Assembly: GCA_963674595.2 (NCBI GenBank)
Contig: CAXXFV010000006.1
Span: 224,001-288,000, forward strand
Length of the DNA stretch: 64,000 bases
Direction of reading: 5' to 3'
Origin: a bacterium
Lineage (GTDB): Bacteria; Zhuqueibacterota; Zhuqueibacteria; Residuimicrobiales; Krinioviventaceae
Below the pieces are notes generated by a model, which was not told where the DNA came from, did not search any database, and saw only the letters and a list, made by a program, of their open reading frames with translations. The position numbers and the translations under genes are program-made. Numbering within the stretch: the stretch's first letter is position 1; every line of letters begins with the position of its first letter. Below, piece after piece: positions 31,089 to 41,419 of the stretch.

Positions 31089-33335
31089 CTACTTGAGCAA
31101 ACCAATATTTTCGAAATCAATTTGTTTAATTCCTAAAGACCGGGCCGGAGAATTCTCGTTTAATTGAAATCCTGCATTTTCAAGTCCGATAAACTCTGGA
31201 TCAGCAACAACACTGCTGCTGTCAACGCCCTGCTTGACTCGTTTTTCCAGTTCTTCCCGACAAGAATGCGGAACACCTGTTGCAAAATACAAATTGCTGT
31301 CCATATCACAATCGCTTAGTTTGGGCGGCCATTCATCTTTATCAAAATCCAGATTAAACGGATTTATATAGGTCCAGGATACAAAAGGTTCAGCCACACC
31401 GCTGGACTGGTAATAAAGATTGTTCTTTATAATCGTTCCTTTAACCGGACCGCAGGCAATAATGTAAAGAAAGGCCAGCATATCGTGCCGTTCACCGTTA
31501 AATTTTTCCGTAGGGATATAATCAATGAAATAGTTATTGGTAATCGTATTGGGATACCTGGTCACAATCCCGTATCGGGCAAACCGGTATATTATATTTT
31601 CTGTAATTGTTATGTTTTTTGAAAAACCGTCGCCCCTGATAGCGCCATGCCGATGGGCAGAAATATTGTCGTGAATATAGTTTCGCCTGACAATATTTCC
31701 ATTTCCTGTTCCTGATAGATAAATGGCGTTACCGTCATCCAGGGTTAAAACCACATGGTGCAGTTCATTGTTTTCAATAACATTATTTTCCGAAAAAAAG
31801 TACTCGAACAGTTTGTCCCAATCATCCCAGGACCCTTTTTCAATATTGTCATGGTAAATCGTTCCGGTTAATTCGCGGCGGTTGCTCATCAGTTTTTTAT
31901 CAAAAAACATGGGACGGGGACCACTGACGGCAATGCCATTATAGGGCGCATTATAAACAAGATTATGTGCAATTTTATTATGTCCGCTTTGCCATAAAAA
32001 AATACCTGGTGAATGTAAATATGACTGTCCGAAATCATTTATTTCATTGTTAACGATTTCATTGTTTTTATTTACATTCTGCCGGCCCGGACCATATCCG
32101 GCCAACAGGATGGGCGTTCCGCCCAAATTATTAAATTTGCAGTTCGTAACCTTATTTTGCTGACTGTAAAAGTCAAACCGAACACCGCCGCCGCCGCTTG
32201 TGGTAAAAGTACATTGATCTATGATACAGTTTTCAGAATCGATAAACCGGACCAGTGCATCTGAATTGTCATAAAGCGCCCAATCGTGCTGCAATCCGAT
32301 TGCATGTTGGTCCCAGGTATCCCGCTTTCCGTGGGCAAAGGTAATGCCCCGAAATTCGATATTTTTTATAATTTCATTATTTTCTTCGTTGCCTTCAATT
32401 CGGATGAATTCCTGCAGCATTGGGCAGTATACATTCCCTGGCTTTTCTTCATTCGGCCAATAATAAATCTTTTTTTCAACAGAGTTCACCACCCATTCTC
32501 CCGGTTTATCCAAATAATCAATGGCATTCTGCACCCATAAATTGGGATAAAATGGTTCATGATACACCCTGCATATTTTATAGGTTCCGGTAATGGCTGT
32601 TCGGGCGGTATTATTTTTACTATTTACTGATTCCAGGGGCAATATATTAGAATCCCATGCATAATGGGGGCGGGTTAAAATTTCTATGTCTTTAACATTT
32701 TCCCATTCACGCAAACTCTTTTTTGGGAAAACAAAGGTGCTCAATTCTTCAATAGTAGGAGGGACGTCTTTTTTACGGTCCATTTCTTCCGGCAGATCAC
32801 TGATATTGTTACTGACAGATTCGTCTTCATCTGTAAACAAGTACCCTGATATTGCGATGGGCAAAGAAACTGAATCGCTGCAGAGGAATCGGAGGGAGGA
32901 CGCATCAATTCCATCGGGAACTTTATTTACCCAAATCTTTCCTTGAGCTTCTTTAGGCAAATAGGGAATTTTTTGTTCCGGTTTTTGCCAATCGGTTAAC
33001 AATTTATCGGAACTAAAAACCGGTTTTTCGTTTTTATATGCTGTAAAAATAATTTTATGATTATCTGAACAAAATATGCTGTCCTGAAAAACGATCGTTT
33101 TATCGAAAAAATACCTTCCCTCATGAAAATAAACACAAATATTTTTATCCTTGGCATTGTCCAAAAGGGTTTGCCGAACTGTCTCTTTTGCTTTAGAAAA
33201 GGTCAGGAAGGGCCGTTTTTTAGTGCCCGGATTGTTATCATCCCCTGTGGGTGATACATAGAATTCGGTTTTGTCAGTAGAACAGGAAAATAAAGCCATG
33301 AGCATAAAGTAAACAGCATACCATCGTATCTTCAT
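31089..33335 (-). CDS. Right-handed parallel beta-helix lipoprotein (GH141-like)
   Basis: Lipobox LFSC; YVSPTGDDNNPGT; LDKPGEW; GLQHDW; DGNAIY; PbH1 repeats. Confidence 0.85.
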   Translation of the reverse strand: MKIRWYAVYFMLMALFSCSTDKTEFYVSPTGDDNNPGTKKRPFLTFSKAKETVRQTLLDNAKDKNICVYFHEGRYFFDKTIVFQDSIFCSDNHKIIFTAYKNEKPVFSSDKLLTDWQKPEQKIPYLPKEAQGKIWVNKVPDGIDASSLRFLCSDSVSLPIAISGYLFTDEDESVSNNISDLPEEMDRKKDVPPTIEELSTFVFPKKSLREWENVKDIEILTRPHYAWDSNILPLESVNSKNNTARTAITGTYKICRVYHEPFYPNLWVQNAIDYLDKPGEWVVNSVEKKIYYWPNEEKPGNVYCPMLQEFIRIEGNEENNEIIKNIEFRGITFAHGKRDTWDQHAIGLQHDWALYDNSDALVRFIDSENCIIDQCTFTTSGGGGVRFDFYSQQNKVTNCKFNNLGGTPILLAGYGPGRQNVNKNNEIVNNEINDFGQSYLHSPGIFLWQSGHNKIAHNLVYNAPYNGIAVSGPRPMFFDKKLMSNRRELTGTIYHDNIEKGSWDDWDKLFEYFFSENNVIENNELHHVVLTLDDGNAIYLSGTGNGNIVRRNYIHDNISAHRHGAIRGDGFSKNITITENIIYRFARYGIVTRYPNTITNNYFIDYIPTEKFNGERHDMLAFLYIIACGPVKGTIIKNNLYYQSSGVAEPFVSWTYINPFNLDFDKDEWPPKLSDCDMDSNLYFATGVPHSCREELEKRVKQGVDSSSVVADPEFIGLENAGFQLNENSPARSLGIKQIDFENIGLLK

Positions 33336-33631
33336 CCGAAACCTCTTAATATTGATTATGTTATATAATGAAAGAATTAAGATATTAAAACAAGAGTCTG
33401 AATTTTACGAACTCGTGCAGGTGCTGAATTAGAGACTGAAACTTTTCATAATTTTAAATATTATATCTTTCAATAGATATATATACTATATTTGTTAAAA
33501 AGATTCAAGTCTCTATTCTCAAACACTTATTTTTCTGTCTGGTGTGATTAGAGTTTTTAAGGATTTTGAAGATGATGGATGTAACACAGTTGCTTTTCAG
33601 AAATCGATTTTTGCTTACAGGTTGGAAAATT

Positions 33632-34525
33632 TTATTCAAGTATCTGGTTCTTAAATTCCTTGGGACTGATCCCGACCTCTTTTTTAAACAGCCTTGAAAA
33701 ATAGGGAGGATTTTCAAAACCAAGCTGATAGGCAATTTCGGAAATACTTTTATTCCCCTCAACCAGTAAATTTTTTGCTTCGGAAATAACATAAAGATGG
33801 ATTAATTCCAGAGATGTTTTTCCTGTTTCCTGTTTTAACAAATCACTTAGATATTTTGCAGAGAGATTAAGCTGTGAAGCCATATAATTTACCGTCGGCA
33901 GTCCTTTGGCTTCCGCTTCCTGATCAAAATATTGATTCAAACTTTCATTAAATTTTGTTACTGTTATACCTGAAAGCGGTTTTCTGTCTATAAATTGTCG
34001 TTTATAAAAACGCTGTGCATATTTTAGAACCGAATCCAGATGCGACAGGATAATTGATTTACTGAATTCATCCGGATTGTTACCATACTCTGTTTCCATT
34101 TTATAAAACAAGGACCACATTATTTCTTCTTCCCGGGGAGACAGGTGCAGGGCTTCATGAACTTCATAATCAAAGAATCCATATTTTTTAAGTTCGGCAA
34201 ACAGAGGATGGCCTGTTAAATAATCTTCATGGAAATGTATATTAAATCCTTTATCTTTAATTTTCACATCATGTATTGAAAGAGTTTGATTGGGTTTTAA
34301 AAAATAGATAAATCCGCTGTTGCTATCATATTTTGTTTTTCCATACCATAATTCGCCGCTTTTTAGTTTTTTAAAACATATTGTATAAAATCCATAGGAT
34401 GTGTCATCAGCATCTTTAATACGTGGTGTTGTCTCGTCAAACACCCGTAAGCCAAATAAGGGATTTTCGGGCGGTGGATAATCCAGGGATTCGTAAAGTT
34501 CACCAATTGTTTTGAAATGTTTCAT
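33632..34525 (-). CDS. AraC-family transcriptional regulator
   Basis: YGKTKYD, ALHLSPRE, GLPTV...YLSDLLKQETG, IAYQLGFENPPYFSRLFKK. Confidence 0.95.
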   Translation of the reverse strand: MKHFKTIGELYESLDYPPPENPLFGLRVFDETTPRIKDADDTSYGFYTICFKKLKSGELWYGKTKYDSNSGFIYFLKPNQTLSIHDVKIKDKGFNIHFHEDYLTGHPLFAELKKYGFFDYEVHEALHLSPREEEIMWSLFYKMETEYGNNPDEFSKSIILSHLDSVLKYAQRFYKRQFIDRKPLSGITVTKFNESLNQYFDQEAEAKGLPTVNYMASQLNLSAKYLSDLLKQETGKTSLELIHLYVISEAKNLLVEGNKSISEIAYQLGFENPPYFSRLFKKEVGISPKEFKNQILE

Positions 34526-34553
34526 GATGGTTCCTGTTCAAGTTTACCAAGTT

Positions 34554-34600
34554 ATAAAATAAAACACCACAATGCTGAAAATAGAGTTCAGCATTGTGGT
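34554..34600 (-). terminator. Intrinsic terminator after the alcohol dehydrogenase gene
   Basis: 14-bp stem ACCACAATGCTGAA/TTCAGCATTGTGGT followed on the minus strand by GTTTTATTTT. Confidence 0.75.
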
Positions 34601-34613
34601 AAAGTAATTAAAA

Positions 34614-35780
34614 TTATAGAGCCTTTTCAAGAATTTTTTGGCTCACTTCCGGGGTTATATCCTGTGTTTCCGAAAGGGCGGTCATGCCATGGTCTTTTAA
34701 CTGTTCAACAAGTACGGGTATTTTATCGGCCGTTACGCCATATTCTGAAAGACGGGTTTTAATGCCGATAGATTCAAAGAACTCTCTTGTTTTATTAATT
34801 GCCAGATTAATCTTTTCATCATCGCTGCCATTTTCAATGTGCCATACCCGTTCGGCATATTGCAAAAGCTTTGCGCGTTTTTGTTCTCGTTTTACTTCAA
34901 GTAGTGCAGGCAGAACAATTGCCAATGTTTGGCCATGATCAATGCCGAACAAAGCTGTTATTTCATGTCCGATCATATGTGTTGCCCAATCCTGCGGCAC
35001 ACCGACAGCAATAACACCGTTTAATGCCATTGTTGCGCTCCAAACAAGATTTGCCCGTGCATCATAATTCTCCGGTTCGGAGATTGTGGTTTCGGCAATT
35101 TCTATCAAAGTCTGAAGAATACCTTCCGACATACGGTCCTGAATTTTTGCATCAACCGGAAAAGTGAGATATTGCTCTGTTGTATGTACAAAAGCATCAA
35201 CAACTCCATTAGCGACCTGAATTTTGGGAAGGGTAAAAGTAACAGTCGGGTCGAGAATTGAAAACTTGGGAAAAGTTAAGGGACTCATAACAGGGAACTT
35301 GCCATCTTTATAACTGATAACCGCTCCGCTGTTCATTTCAGAACCGGTGGCCGGTAATGTTAACACCGTTCCAAATGGAACAACATTATTTACCACACCA
35401 GAGGTAATGGGAGTAAAGCCATATTTTAATAAATCTTTTGCATCGCCTTTATAATGTGCGGCCAGACAAATAAATTTTGTACCGTCGATAACAGAGCCGC
35501 CGCCGACAGCCAGGATAAAATTAATATTTTCCTTGCGGACAACCTCAGCTGCTTTCATGAGTGTTTCGTAATGCGGGTTTGGTTCGATACCTCCGAATTC
35601 AAAAACAGTTCTGCTGCCAAGGTTTTCCTTTACTTTATCTAAAATACCATACTTTTTTGCACTGCCTCCGCCAAAAGTGATTAATACCCTGGCATCAGAC
35701 GGCACATATTCATCAAGTTTATCAAATCTGTCCTTGCCGAATATAATGGTTGTTGGATTATAAAAATCAAAATTAAACAT
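34614..35780 (-). CDS. yqhD: NADPH-dependent aldehyde reductase, iron-containing ADH family
   Basis: GGGS, GIEPNP, GGGSVIDGTK, TLPATGSE, QDWATHMIGHE, DHGQTLA. Confidence 0.9.
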   Translation of the reverse strand: MFNFDFYNPTTIIFGKDRFDKLDEYVPSDARVLITFGGGSAKKYGILDKVKENLGSRTVFEFGGIEPNPHYETLMKAAEVVRKENINFILAVGGGSVIDGTKFICLAAHYKGDAKDLLKYGFTPITSGVVNNVVPFGTVLTLPATGSEMNSGAVISYKDGKFPVMSPLTFPKFSILDPTVTFTLPKIQVANGVVDAFVHTTEQYLTFPVDAKIQDRMSEGILQTLIEIAETTISEPENYDARANLVWSATMALNGVIAVGVPQDWATHMIGHEITALFGIDHGQTLAIVLPALLEVKREQKRAKLLQYAERVWHIENGSDDEKINLAINKTREFFESIGIKTRLSEYGVTADKIPVLVEQLKDHGMTALSETQDITPEVSQKILEKAL

Positions 35781-35799
35781 GATTGTTCTCCTCTATAAA

Positions 35800-36813
35800 T
35801 TATTTTTTGAGAAACTTGCTTTCACGGGAACTGTATCTCGGACCGATATTGGAATATTTATTTACAATTTCTTCTATGGCTTCCATATCTTTATCCGTTA
35901 AATCCACATCAACCGATCCGGCATTTTCCTCAAGATATTTTCTGCGTTTTGTTCCGGGTATCGGAATGATATTATCACCCTGGGCAATGACCCAGGCAAT
36001 TGCCAATTGGGCCGGTGTACAATTTTTACTTTTTGCAAATTCAGCAAATTCTGCGGCCAGCCTTTGGTTATTGTCCCAATACTCTCCCAAAAATCTCGGA
36101 AGATTGGCACGAAAATCGGTTTTAGCCAGCGAACTTGCATCCAGCTTGTTTGTAATTAATCCCCTGCTTAGGGGAGAAAAAGGGACAAATGTAATGCCCA
36201 ACTCTTTGGTTAAGGGCAATATTTCCTGTTCAACATCACGGGTAAGCAAAGAGTACTCACTTTGAACAGCAGTAATTGGATGAACAGCATGCGCCTTTTT
36301 TAAATCCTGGGCAGAACACTCACTTAAACCGAGATAACGAATCTTGCCCTGATTCACCAATTCTGCCATTGCACCCACGGTTTCCTCTACAGGAACGTTT
36401 GGATCGACTCTATGGGCATAATACAGATCAATTGTTTCAATTTTGAGGCGGCGAAGACTGTTTTCAACGGCCTGTTGCATCCAATTAGGAGAAGCATCCA
36501 GATAGGTTTCACCACCGACAAAGGCATTGCCTTCACCGCGAACACGAAAACCAAATTTTGAAGCGATAAATATTTTGTTACGATTTGGTACAAGCACTTT
36601 TGATATCAACTCTTCATTTAAACCATTACCATATATGTCCGCTGTATCCCAAAAATTAATTCCAAGTTCCAATGCATATTCCAGTGTTGCTATACTTTCA
36701 GTATCATCCGGCTGACCGTAAGCTGAACTCATTCCCATACAACCAAGACCAAGTTCTGAAACCTCAAGATTTGTATTTCCTAATTTTCGTTTTATCATTT
36801 TTATCCCTTTCAT
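35800..36813 (-). CDS. Aldo/keto reductase
   Basis: [42 protein letters not shown]. Confidence 0.95.
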   Translation of the reverse strand: MKGIKMIKRKLGNTNLEVSELGLGCMGMSSAYGQPDDTESIATLEYALELGINFWDTADIYGNGLNEELISKVLVPNRNKIFIASKFGFRVRGEGNAFVGGETYLDASPNWMQQAVENSLRRLKIETIDLYYAHRVDPNVPVEETVGAMAELVNQGKIRYLGLSECSAQDLKKAHAVHPITAVQSEYSLLTRDVEQEILPLTKELGITFVPFSPLSRGLITNKLDASSLAKTDFRANLPRFLGEYWDNNQRLAAEFAEFAKSKNCTPAQLAIAWVIAQGDNIIPIPGTKRRKYLEENAGSVDVDLTDKDMEAIEEIVNKYSNIGPRYSSRESKFLKK

Positions 36814-36852
36814 TGATATAACTCAAGGTGTTAATATAACAAAAGCATACCT

Positions 36853-36893
36853 GTAAAACGTATACAAAAGGCGGGATTATTGATACATTTTAC
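36853..36893. promoter_or_regulatory. Inverted repeat upstream of the AKR gene, candidate operator
   Basis: GTAAAACGTATACAA ... TTGATACATTTTAC. Confidence 0.4.
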
Positions 36894-37036
36894 TGAAACT
36901 GAAAGTTTAATTATTATAACATAGATATGGGTTAAAAAATTTTAAATAATTAGAATATTTATTGTAACTTGATTACGTAAACTTTTTTTGTAATTATACA
37001 ATATCATAAGAATTAATAATTAATAGCATAAACCAC

Positions 37037-37065
37037 TTGCATTGTTGCTAATTTTTTCATATAAT
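37037..37065 (+). promoter_or_regulatory. Sigma70-type promoter of the lysine operon
   Basis: TTGCAT-17 nt-TATAAT just upstream of the riboswitch. Confidence 0.7.
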
Positions 37066-37080
37066 ATAAACGTTTAACCT

Positions 37081-37267
37081 TGACTATAGAGGCGCCTGTT
37101 ATAAAAGTATCTGTGTTTAAGGAGATGCAGCTCTGATTGAGAATACAGAAAAAGGATAACAGGCCGAAATTGTTGTGTGCTGCATAACTAACAGTTGGTT
37201 CAGATTGGAAATACCTTCTGGACTGTCACGGAAAATATGATATATACCGTGGAGCGCTATTTGGTTA
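37081..37267 (+). ncRNA. Lysine riboswitch (L-box)
   Basis: AGAGGCGC...AGTA...AAAGG...GCCGAA...ACTGTCA...GGAGCGCTA conserved elements; kissing loops ATGCAGC (37125-37131) and GCTGCAT (37179-37185); located upstream of lysine biosynthesis genes. Confidence 0.95.
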
Positions 37268-37304
37268 GAACCTGAATTATAACTATTTTATATAGAATTG
37301 CTAC

Positions 37305-37350
37305 AGGTTGACTGAATATTGCTTTTAAAAATCAGTCAACCTTTTTTTTT
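37305..37350 (+). terminator. Riboswitch attenuator terminator
   Basis: AGGTTGACTGA...TCAGTCAACCT stem with a T9 tract, ending before the first CDS. Confidence 0.9.
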
Positions 37351-37366
37351 ATTTTACAGGAATTGT

Positions 37367-38356
37367 ATGCATCAATTACTTGAAAAACTTGTCAACATTC
37401 CATCGGTCACGGATGATGAATTGCATGTTGCTGACTTTTTATCAGATTATATGCAGCAATCAGGTTACCAGATTTATAAACAGCAGGTAAGTCAGAACCG
37501 GTATAATATTATCGGAACAACCGGGCAAACGCCTGTTGTGCTCTTTTGCACGCATCTGGATACTGTTGCGCCATTCATACCATTTAAAAATGAAAATGGT
37601 TTGTTAACAGGACGCGGAACATGCGACGCCAAAGGTATTTTGGTTACAATGCTGGAAGCAGCAAAAAGGTTGCAAGAAGAGGGAGAACATCGTTTTGGTT
37701 TTGCTTTTGTTGTTGGTGAAGAAAAAAAATCGGATGGCGCCAAAAAAGCTGCCGAATTGAATTTGGGATCACGAGCTGTTATTATAGGTGAACCAACGCA
37801 AAGCAAACTGGCAGTCGGACAAAAGGGCGTTTTGTTGTTTCGGGTCCGTGCAAAGGGAATCGCCGGTCATTCGGCCTATCCGCAAAAGGGTGATTCGGCC
37901 ATTCATCGGCTTATATCGCTTCTCAACCATTGGGTAAAATTGGATTGGGGACAAGATAGCTTTTTTGGTAAAAACACATTAAATATAGGCAAATTATATG
38001 GCGGCAGTGGCGCCAACGTGATTGCCGACCATGCGGATGCAGAAGGTATTTTTCGTGTTGCCACATCTTTATCAACGCTTAAAGATATATTAAATAGTGT
38101 TACAGATGAACATATCGAAATAAATATTTCAAGTGAAACGAACCCGCAACATTTAGGAAAACTTGACGGTTTTGAACCAACTATTGTTTCTTTTGGTTCA
38201 GACGCCGCATATATGAAACAGCTGGGCACAATTTATGAATTGGGTCCCGGTTCAATTGAATTTGCTCACAGCGATCATGAACAAATAACAATAAACGAAA
38301 TGGAACAAGCTGTTCCGCTTTATGTAAAAATGGTCAAACAAATTTTAAGTTTATAA
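37367..38356 (+). CDS. M20 family deacylase, probably succinyl-diaminopimelate desuccinylase (DapE role)
   Basis: ATG 37367 after the attenuator; HLDTV, GRGTCDAKG, GEE, GEPT, GHSAYP, AH motifs; dap operon context. Confidence 0.85.
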   Translation: MHQLLEKLVNIPSVTDDELHVADFLSDYMQQSGYQIYKQQVSQNRYNIIGTTGQTPVVLFCTHLDTVAPFIPFKNENGLLTGRGTCDAKGILVTMLEAAKRLQEEGEHRFGFAFVVGEEKKSDGAKKAAELNLGSRAVIIGEPTQSKLAVGQKGVLLFRVRAKGIAGHSAYPQKGDSAIHRLISLLNHWVKLDWGQDSFFGKNTLNIGKLYGGSGANVIADHADAEGIFRVATSLSTLKDILNSVTDEHIEINISSETNPQHLGKLDGFEPTIVSFGSDAAYMKQLGTIYELGPGSIEFAHSDHEQITINEMEQAVPLYVKMVKQILSL

Positions 38357-38372
38357 CAGGAGAAATAATCAT

Positions 38373-39755
38373 ATGGTTGTTATGAAGTTTGGCGGTACTT
38401 CTGTTGGTAGTGCTGAAGCCATTAAGCGGGTATGTGAAATAATAAAAACCCGTGTAGAAAACGATCCTATCATTGTCGTATCGGCAGTGGGAGGTATAAC
38501 CAATAAATTTGTCAGTATTATTGAGAATTCAGCTAAAAAGAATAAAAATAATGTGCAAGATATTCTTGCAGAAATTGGTAAAAGACATGAAGAAATTATA
38601 AACGGTCTTGGTCTTGAACAAAATGAAGGACTGAAAATTTTATTGTGTGAAACATTGCAGGGAATTGAAAATATAGCGGATAAAATTTCTCAGGCTGGTG
38701 ATTTGGCCAAACACCTTCATGATGAATTGATGAGTATGGGCGAACTGCTCTCTGCCAATATTGTTGCCGAATATTTAAAAAGCATCGGCCTGGAAGGTAA
38801 ATTTGCAGATTCGCGTGATGTTATGGTAACGGATTCACAGTTTACAAAAGCTGTCCCCCAGTTTGAAGAATCACAAAAAAATACACAACAATATCTGAAA
38901 CCGTTGGTTGGTAAATATATTCCTGTTATGCAGGGTTTTATCGGACGTGACTCTTTTGGCAGAATTACAACCTTGGGGCGGGGTGGTTCGGATTATACGG
39001 CCACTCTTATCGGCGCCATGTTAAATGCTGATGTCGTTGAAATATGGTCTGATGTTGATGGCGTATTAACAGCGGATCCAAGTCTGGTAAAAGAGGCCAA
39101 ACGAATTAAATATATGAGTTTTCAGGAAGCCTCAGAGCTGGCATATTTTGGCGCCAAAGTATTGCATCCTTCCACTTTGTTACCTGCTGTTGAACGTAAC
39201 ATTCCGGTCCATGTTTTAAACTCTATGCGGCAAACAGATGGAGGGACCGTCATAGCCGGCAGCACACCAAACGGTAAACAAGAAGGATGTATCGTTAAAT
39301 CTATTGCTTATAAAGAAGAACTTGTGGTAATTACCGTTATGTCAACCCGAATGTTAATGGCACACGGTTTTTTAGCCTCAATTTTTGAAATTTTTAACAG
39401 ATATGCTGTTCCTGTTGATCTGGTGTCAACTTCAGAAGTAACTGTTTCTTTAACAATTAATCGCACAGATCATCTTGAAAACATTACACGGGAACTGGGT
39501 CGTTTTGCCCAGGTACGGGTTGAGCAAAACAAATCTGTTGTTTGTCTTGTCGGTGAACAAATGAAAAGTACTCAGGGTATGCCCGGAGAACTTTTTAGCT
39601 TGCTTAAAGATATAGACATACATCTGATTTCTCAGGGTGCTTCGGAAATTAATATTAGTTTTGTTATTGATGATAAAGCACTCCCCAAAGTTGTAAGTCG
39701 CCTGCATAACCATTATTTTAGTGGTGAGCTTGATCCTGAAATTTTTGCAGTTTAA
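38373..39755 (+). CDS. lysC: Aspartate kinase (lysine-sensitive type)
   Basis: KFGGTSV, TTLGRGGSDYTA, DVDGVLTADP, ELAYFGAKVLHP, two ACT domains. Confidence 0.97.
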   Translation: MVVMKFGGTSVGSAEAIKRVCEIIKTRVENDPIIVVSAVGGITNKFVSIIENSAKKNKNNVQDILAEIGKRHEEIINGLGLEQNEGLKILLCETLQGIENIADKISQAGDLAKHLHDELMSMGELLSANIVAEYLKSIGLEGKFADSRDVMVTDSQFTKAVPQFEESQKNTQQYLKPLVGKYIPVMQGFIGRDSFGRITTLGRGGSDYTATLIGAMLNADVVEIWSDVDGVLTADPSLVKEAKRIKYMSFQEASELAYFGAKVLHPSTLLPAVERNIPVHVLNSMRQTDGGTVIAGSTPNGKQEGCIVKSIAYKEELVVITVMSTRMLMAHGFLASIFEIFNRYAVPVDLVSTSEVTVSLTINRTDHLENITRELGRFAQVRVEQNKSVVCLVGEQMKSTQGMPGELFSLLKDIDIHLISQGASEINISFVIDDKALPKVVSRLHNHYFSGELDPEIFAV

Positions 39756-39771
39756 TAAAAGGTATTTTATT

Positions 39772-40500
39772 ATGAATATAGCACTCGTTGGTTACGGACG
39801 AATGGGAGAAGAATTGGAAAAACTCGCTCCCCAATCCAATCATAACATTACAGCGATTTTTGATATTGATAATCCTTTGAAACCGGATTCAGATATTGCC
39901 GGTGCAGATGTTATGATCGATTTTACTTTAAAAGATGCTGTGATGAATAATTTAAAAATAGCAGCCCAAATGGGTGTTCCAATTGTTGAGGGGACAACCG
40001 GCTGGACAGATCAATTTGAACAGGTTTATGATATTGAAAATCTGACAATGATCTTTAGCCCGAATTATTCAATCGGCGTCTACCAGTTTACAAAACTGGT
40101 TGAAACAGCCGCCAAACTCTATGGTATGTTTGAAGATTATGATTGTTATCTGCACGAGTGGCACCATACCGGAAAAGCAGACAGTCCAAGCGGGACCGCC
40201 AACAAACTGGCCCATATTCTGCTTGAGAATTTGCCCCAAAAAGACAAAATATTAACAGAAACAAGCCATATCCAAATAGATCCTTCGGCCTTGCACGTAA
40301 CCTCTACTCGCGTTGGTAAAGTTCCAGGAACACATCAGGTTGGTTTTGAATCTCCCTATGATTCAATTCAGTTGACCCATCAGATACGTGGACGCGAATG
40401 TTTAGCGTTTGGTGCATTGAAAGCAGCCGAATGGATTGTTGGAAAAAAAGGAATTTTTACAATGGATGATTTTATGTCATCTCAGAACAACAAAAAATAA
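39772..40500 (+). CDS. dapB: 4-hydroxy-tetrahydrodipicolinate reductase
   Basis: GYGRMG, IDFT, GTTGW, PNYSIG, EWHHTGKADSPSGTA. Confidence 0.95.
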   Translation: MNIALVGYGRMGEELEKLAPQSNHNITAIFDIDNPLKPDSDIAGADVMIDFTLKDAVMNNLKIAAQMGVPIVEGTTGWTDQFEQVYDIENLTMIFSPNYSIGVYQFTKLVETAAKLYGMFEDYDCYLHEWHHTGKADSPSGTANKLAHILLENLPQKDKILTETSHIQIDPSALHVTSTRVGKVPGTHQVGFESPYDSIQLTHQIRGRECLAFGALKAAEWIVGKKGIFTMDDFMSSQNNKK

Positions 40501-40514
40501 GGGATATTGTTTTG

Positions 40515-41408
40515 ATGGATTCTAAAAATTTTCGAGGTACAACCGTTGCGTTAATCACTCCTTTTGACAAAAATGGTAAAATTGATGAGCCGCGTTTAAA
40601 AAATCTTGTAGACTGGCAGGTCGAAAAGGGTACGGACGTCATTTTAGCCTGTGGCACAACCGGTGAAAGCGCAACCATGTCACACGATGAACATCATCAT
40701 GTAATGGATATAATCATTACACAAGTTAACGGACGTGTTCCTGTTTTATGTGGTGCAGGAAGTAATGCCACTGCTGAGGCTGTTGATCTGACCAAATACG
40801 CTGAAAAGGCAGGTGCTGATGCTATTTTGTCCGTAGGGCCTTATTATAACAAACCAACGCAGGAAGGTTTTTATCAGCATTTTAAAGCTATTGCAGAGTC
40901 TACTCATTTACCGATTGTTTTATATAATGTACCCGGTCGCACCGGTAGTAACATATCTTCAGAAACTACATTAAGATTGTCAAAAATACTCAACATTATT
41001 GGTGTTAAAGAAGCCAGCGGCAATATGTCGCAAATAATGGATATTTTACGACGCCGTGATGATGATTTTTTAGTGCTGTCGGGTGATGATTCCATAACCT
41101 TGCCTTTAATGGCAGTCGGTCTGGATGGTGTTATTTCTGTTGTTGCCAATGAAGCGCCGAGCTTGCTGCATGAAATGGTCCATGCTGCTTTTGAAAATAA
41201 CTGGGCAAAGGCCAAAGAATTACATTACAAACTACTGCCCTTGATGGAGTTTAACTTTGTAGAAAGCAATCCTATTCCTGTTAAAACAGCTTTGTCTTTA
41301 ATGGGTTTGATTGAGGACAATTTCAGACTGCCACTGGTAAAAATGACACAAGCGAATAAAGAAAAACTGGCAAGTATTTTAAAAGACCTTGAGCTTATTA
41401 CGGGTTAG
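40515..41408 (+). CDS. dapA: 4-hydroxy-tetrahydrodipicolinate synthase
   Basis: [41 protein letters not shown]. Confidence 0.97.
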   Translation: MDSKNFRGTTVALITPFDKNGKIDEPRLKNLVDWQVEKGTDVILACGTTGESATMSHDEHHHVMDIIITQVNGRVPVLCGAGSNATAEAVDLTKYAEKAGADAILSVGPYYNKPTQEGFYQHFKAIAESTHLPIVLYNVPGRTGSNISSETTLRLSKILNIIGVKEASGNMSQIMDILRRRDDDFLVLSGDDSITLPLMAVGLDGVISVVANEAPSLLHEMVHAAFENNWAKAKELHYKLLPLMEFNFVESNPIPVKTALSLMGLIEDNFRLPLVKMTQANKEKLASILKDLELITG

Positions 41409-41419
41409 GAGATAAACAG

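Noticed and set aside
37319-37366. TTG start for the M20 gene
   Set aside because: Falls inside the riboswitch terminator; ATG 37367 is more plausible
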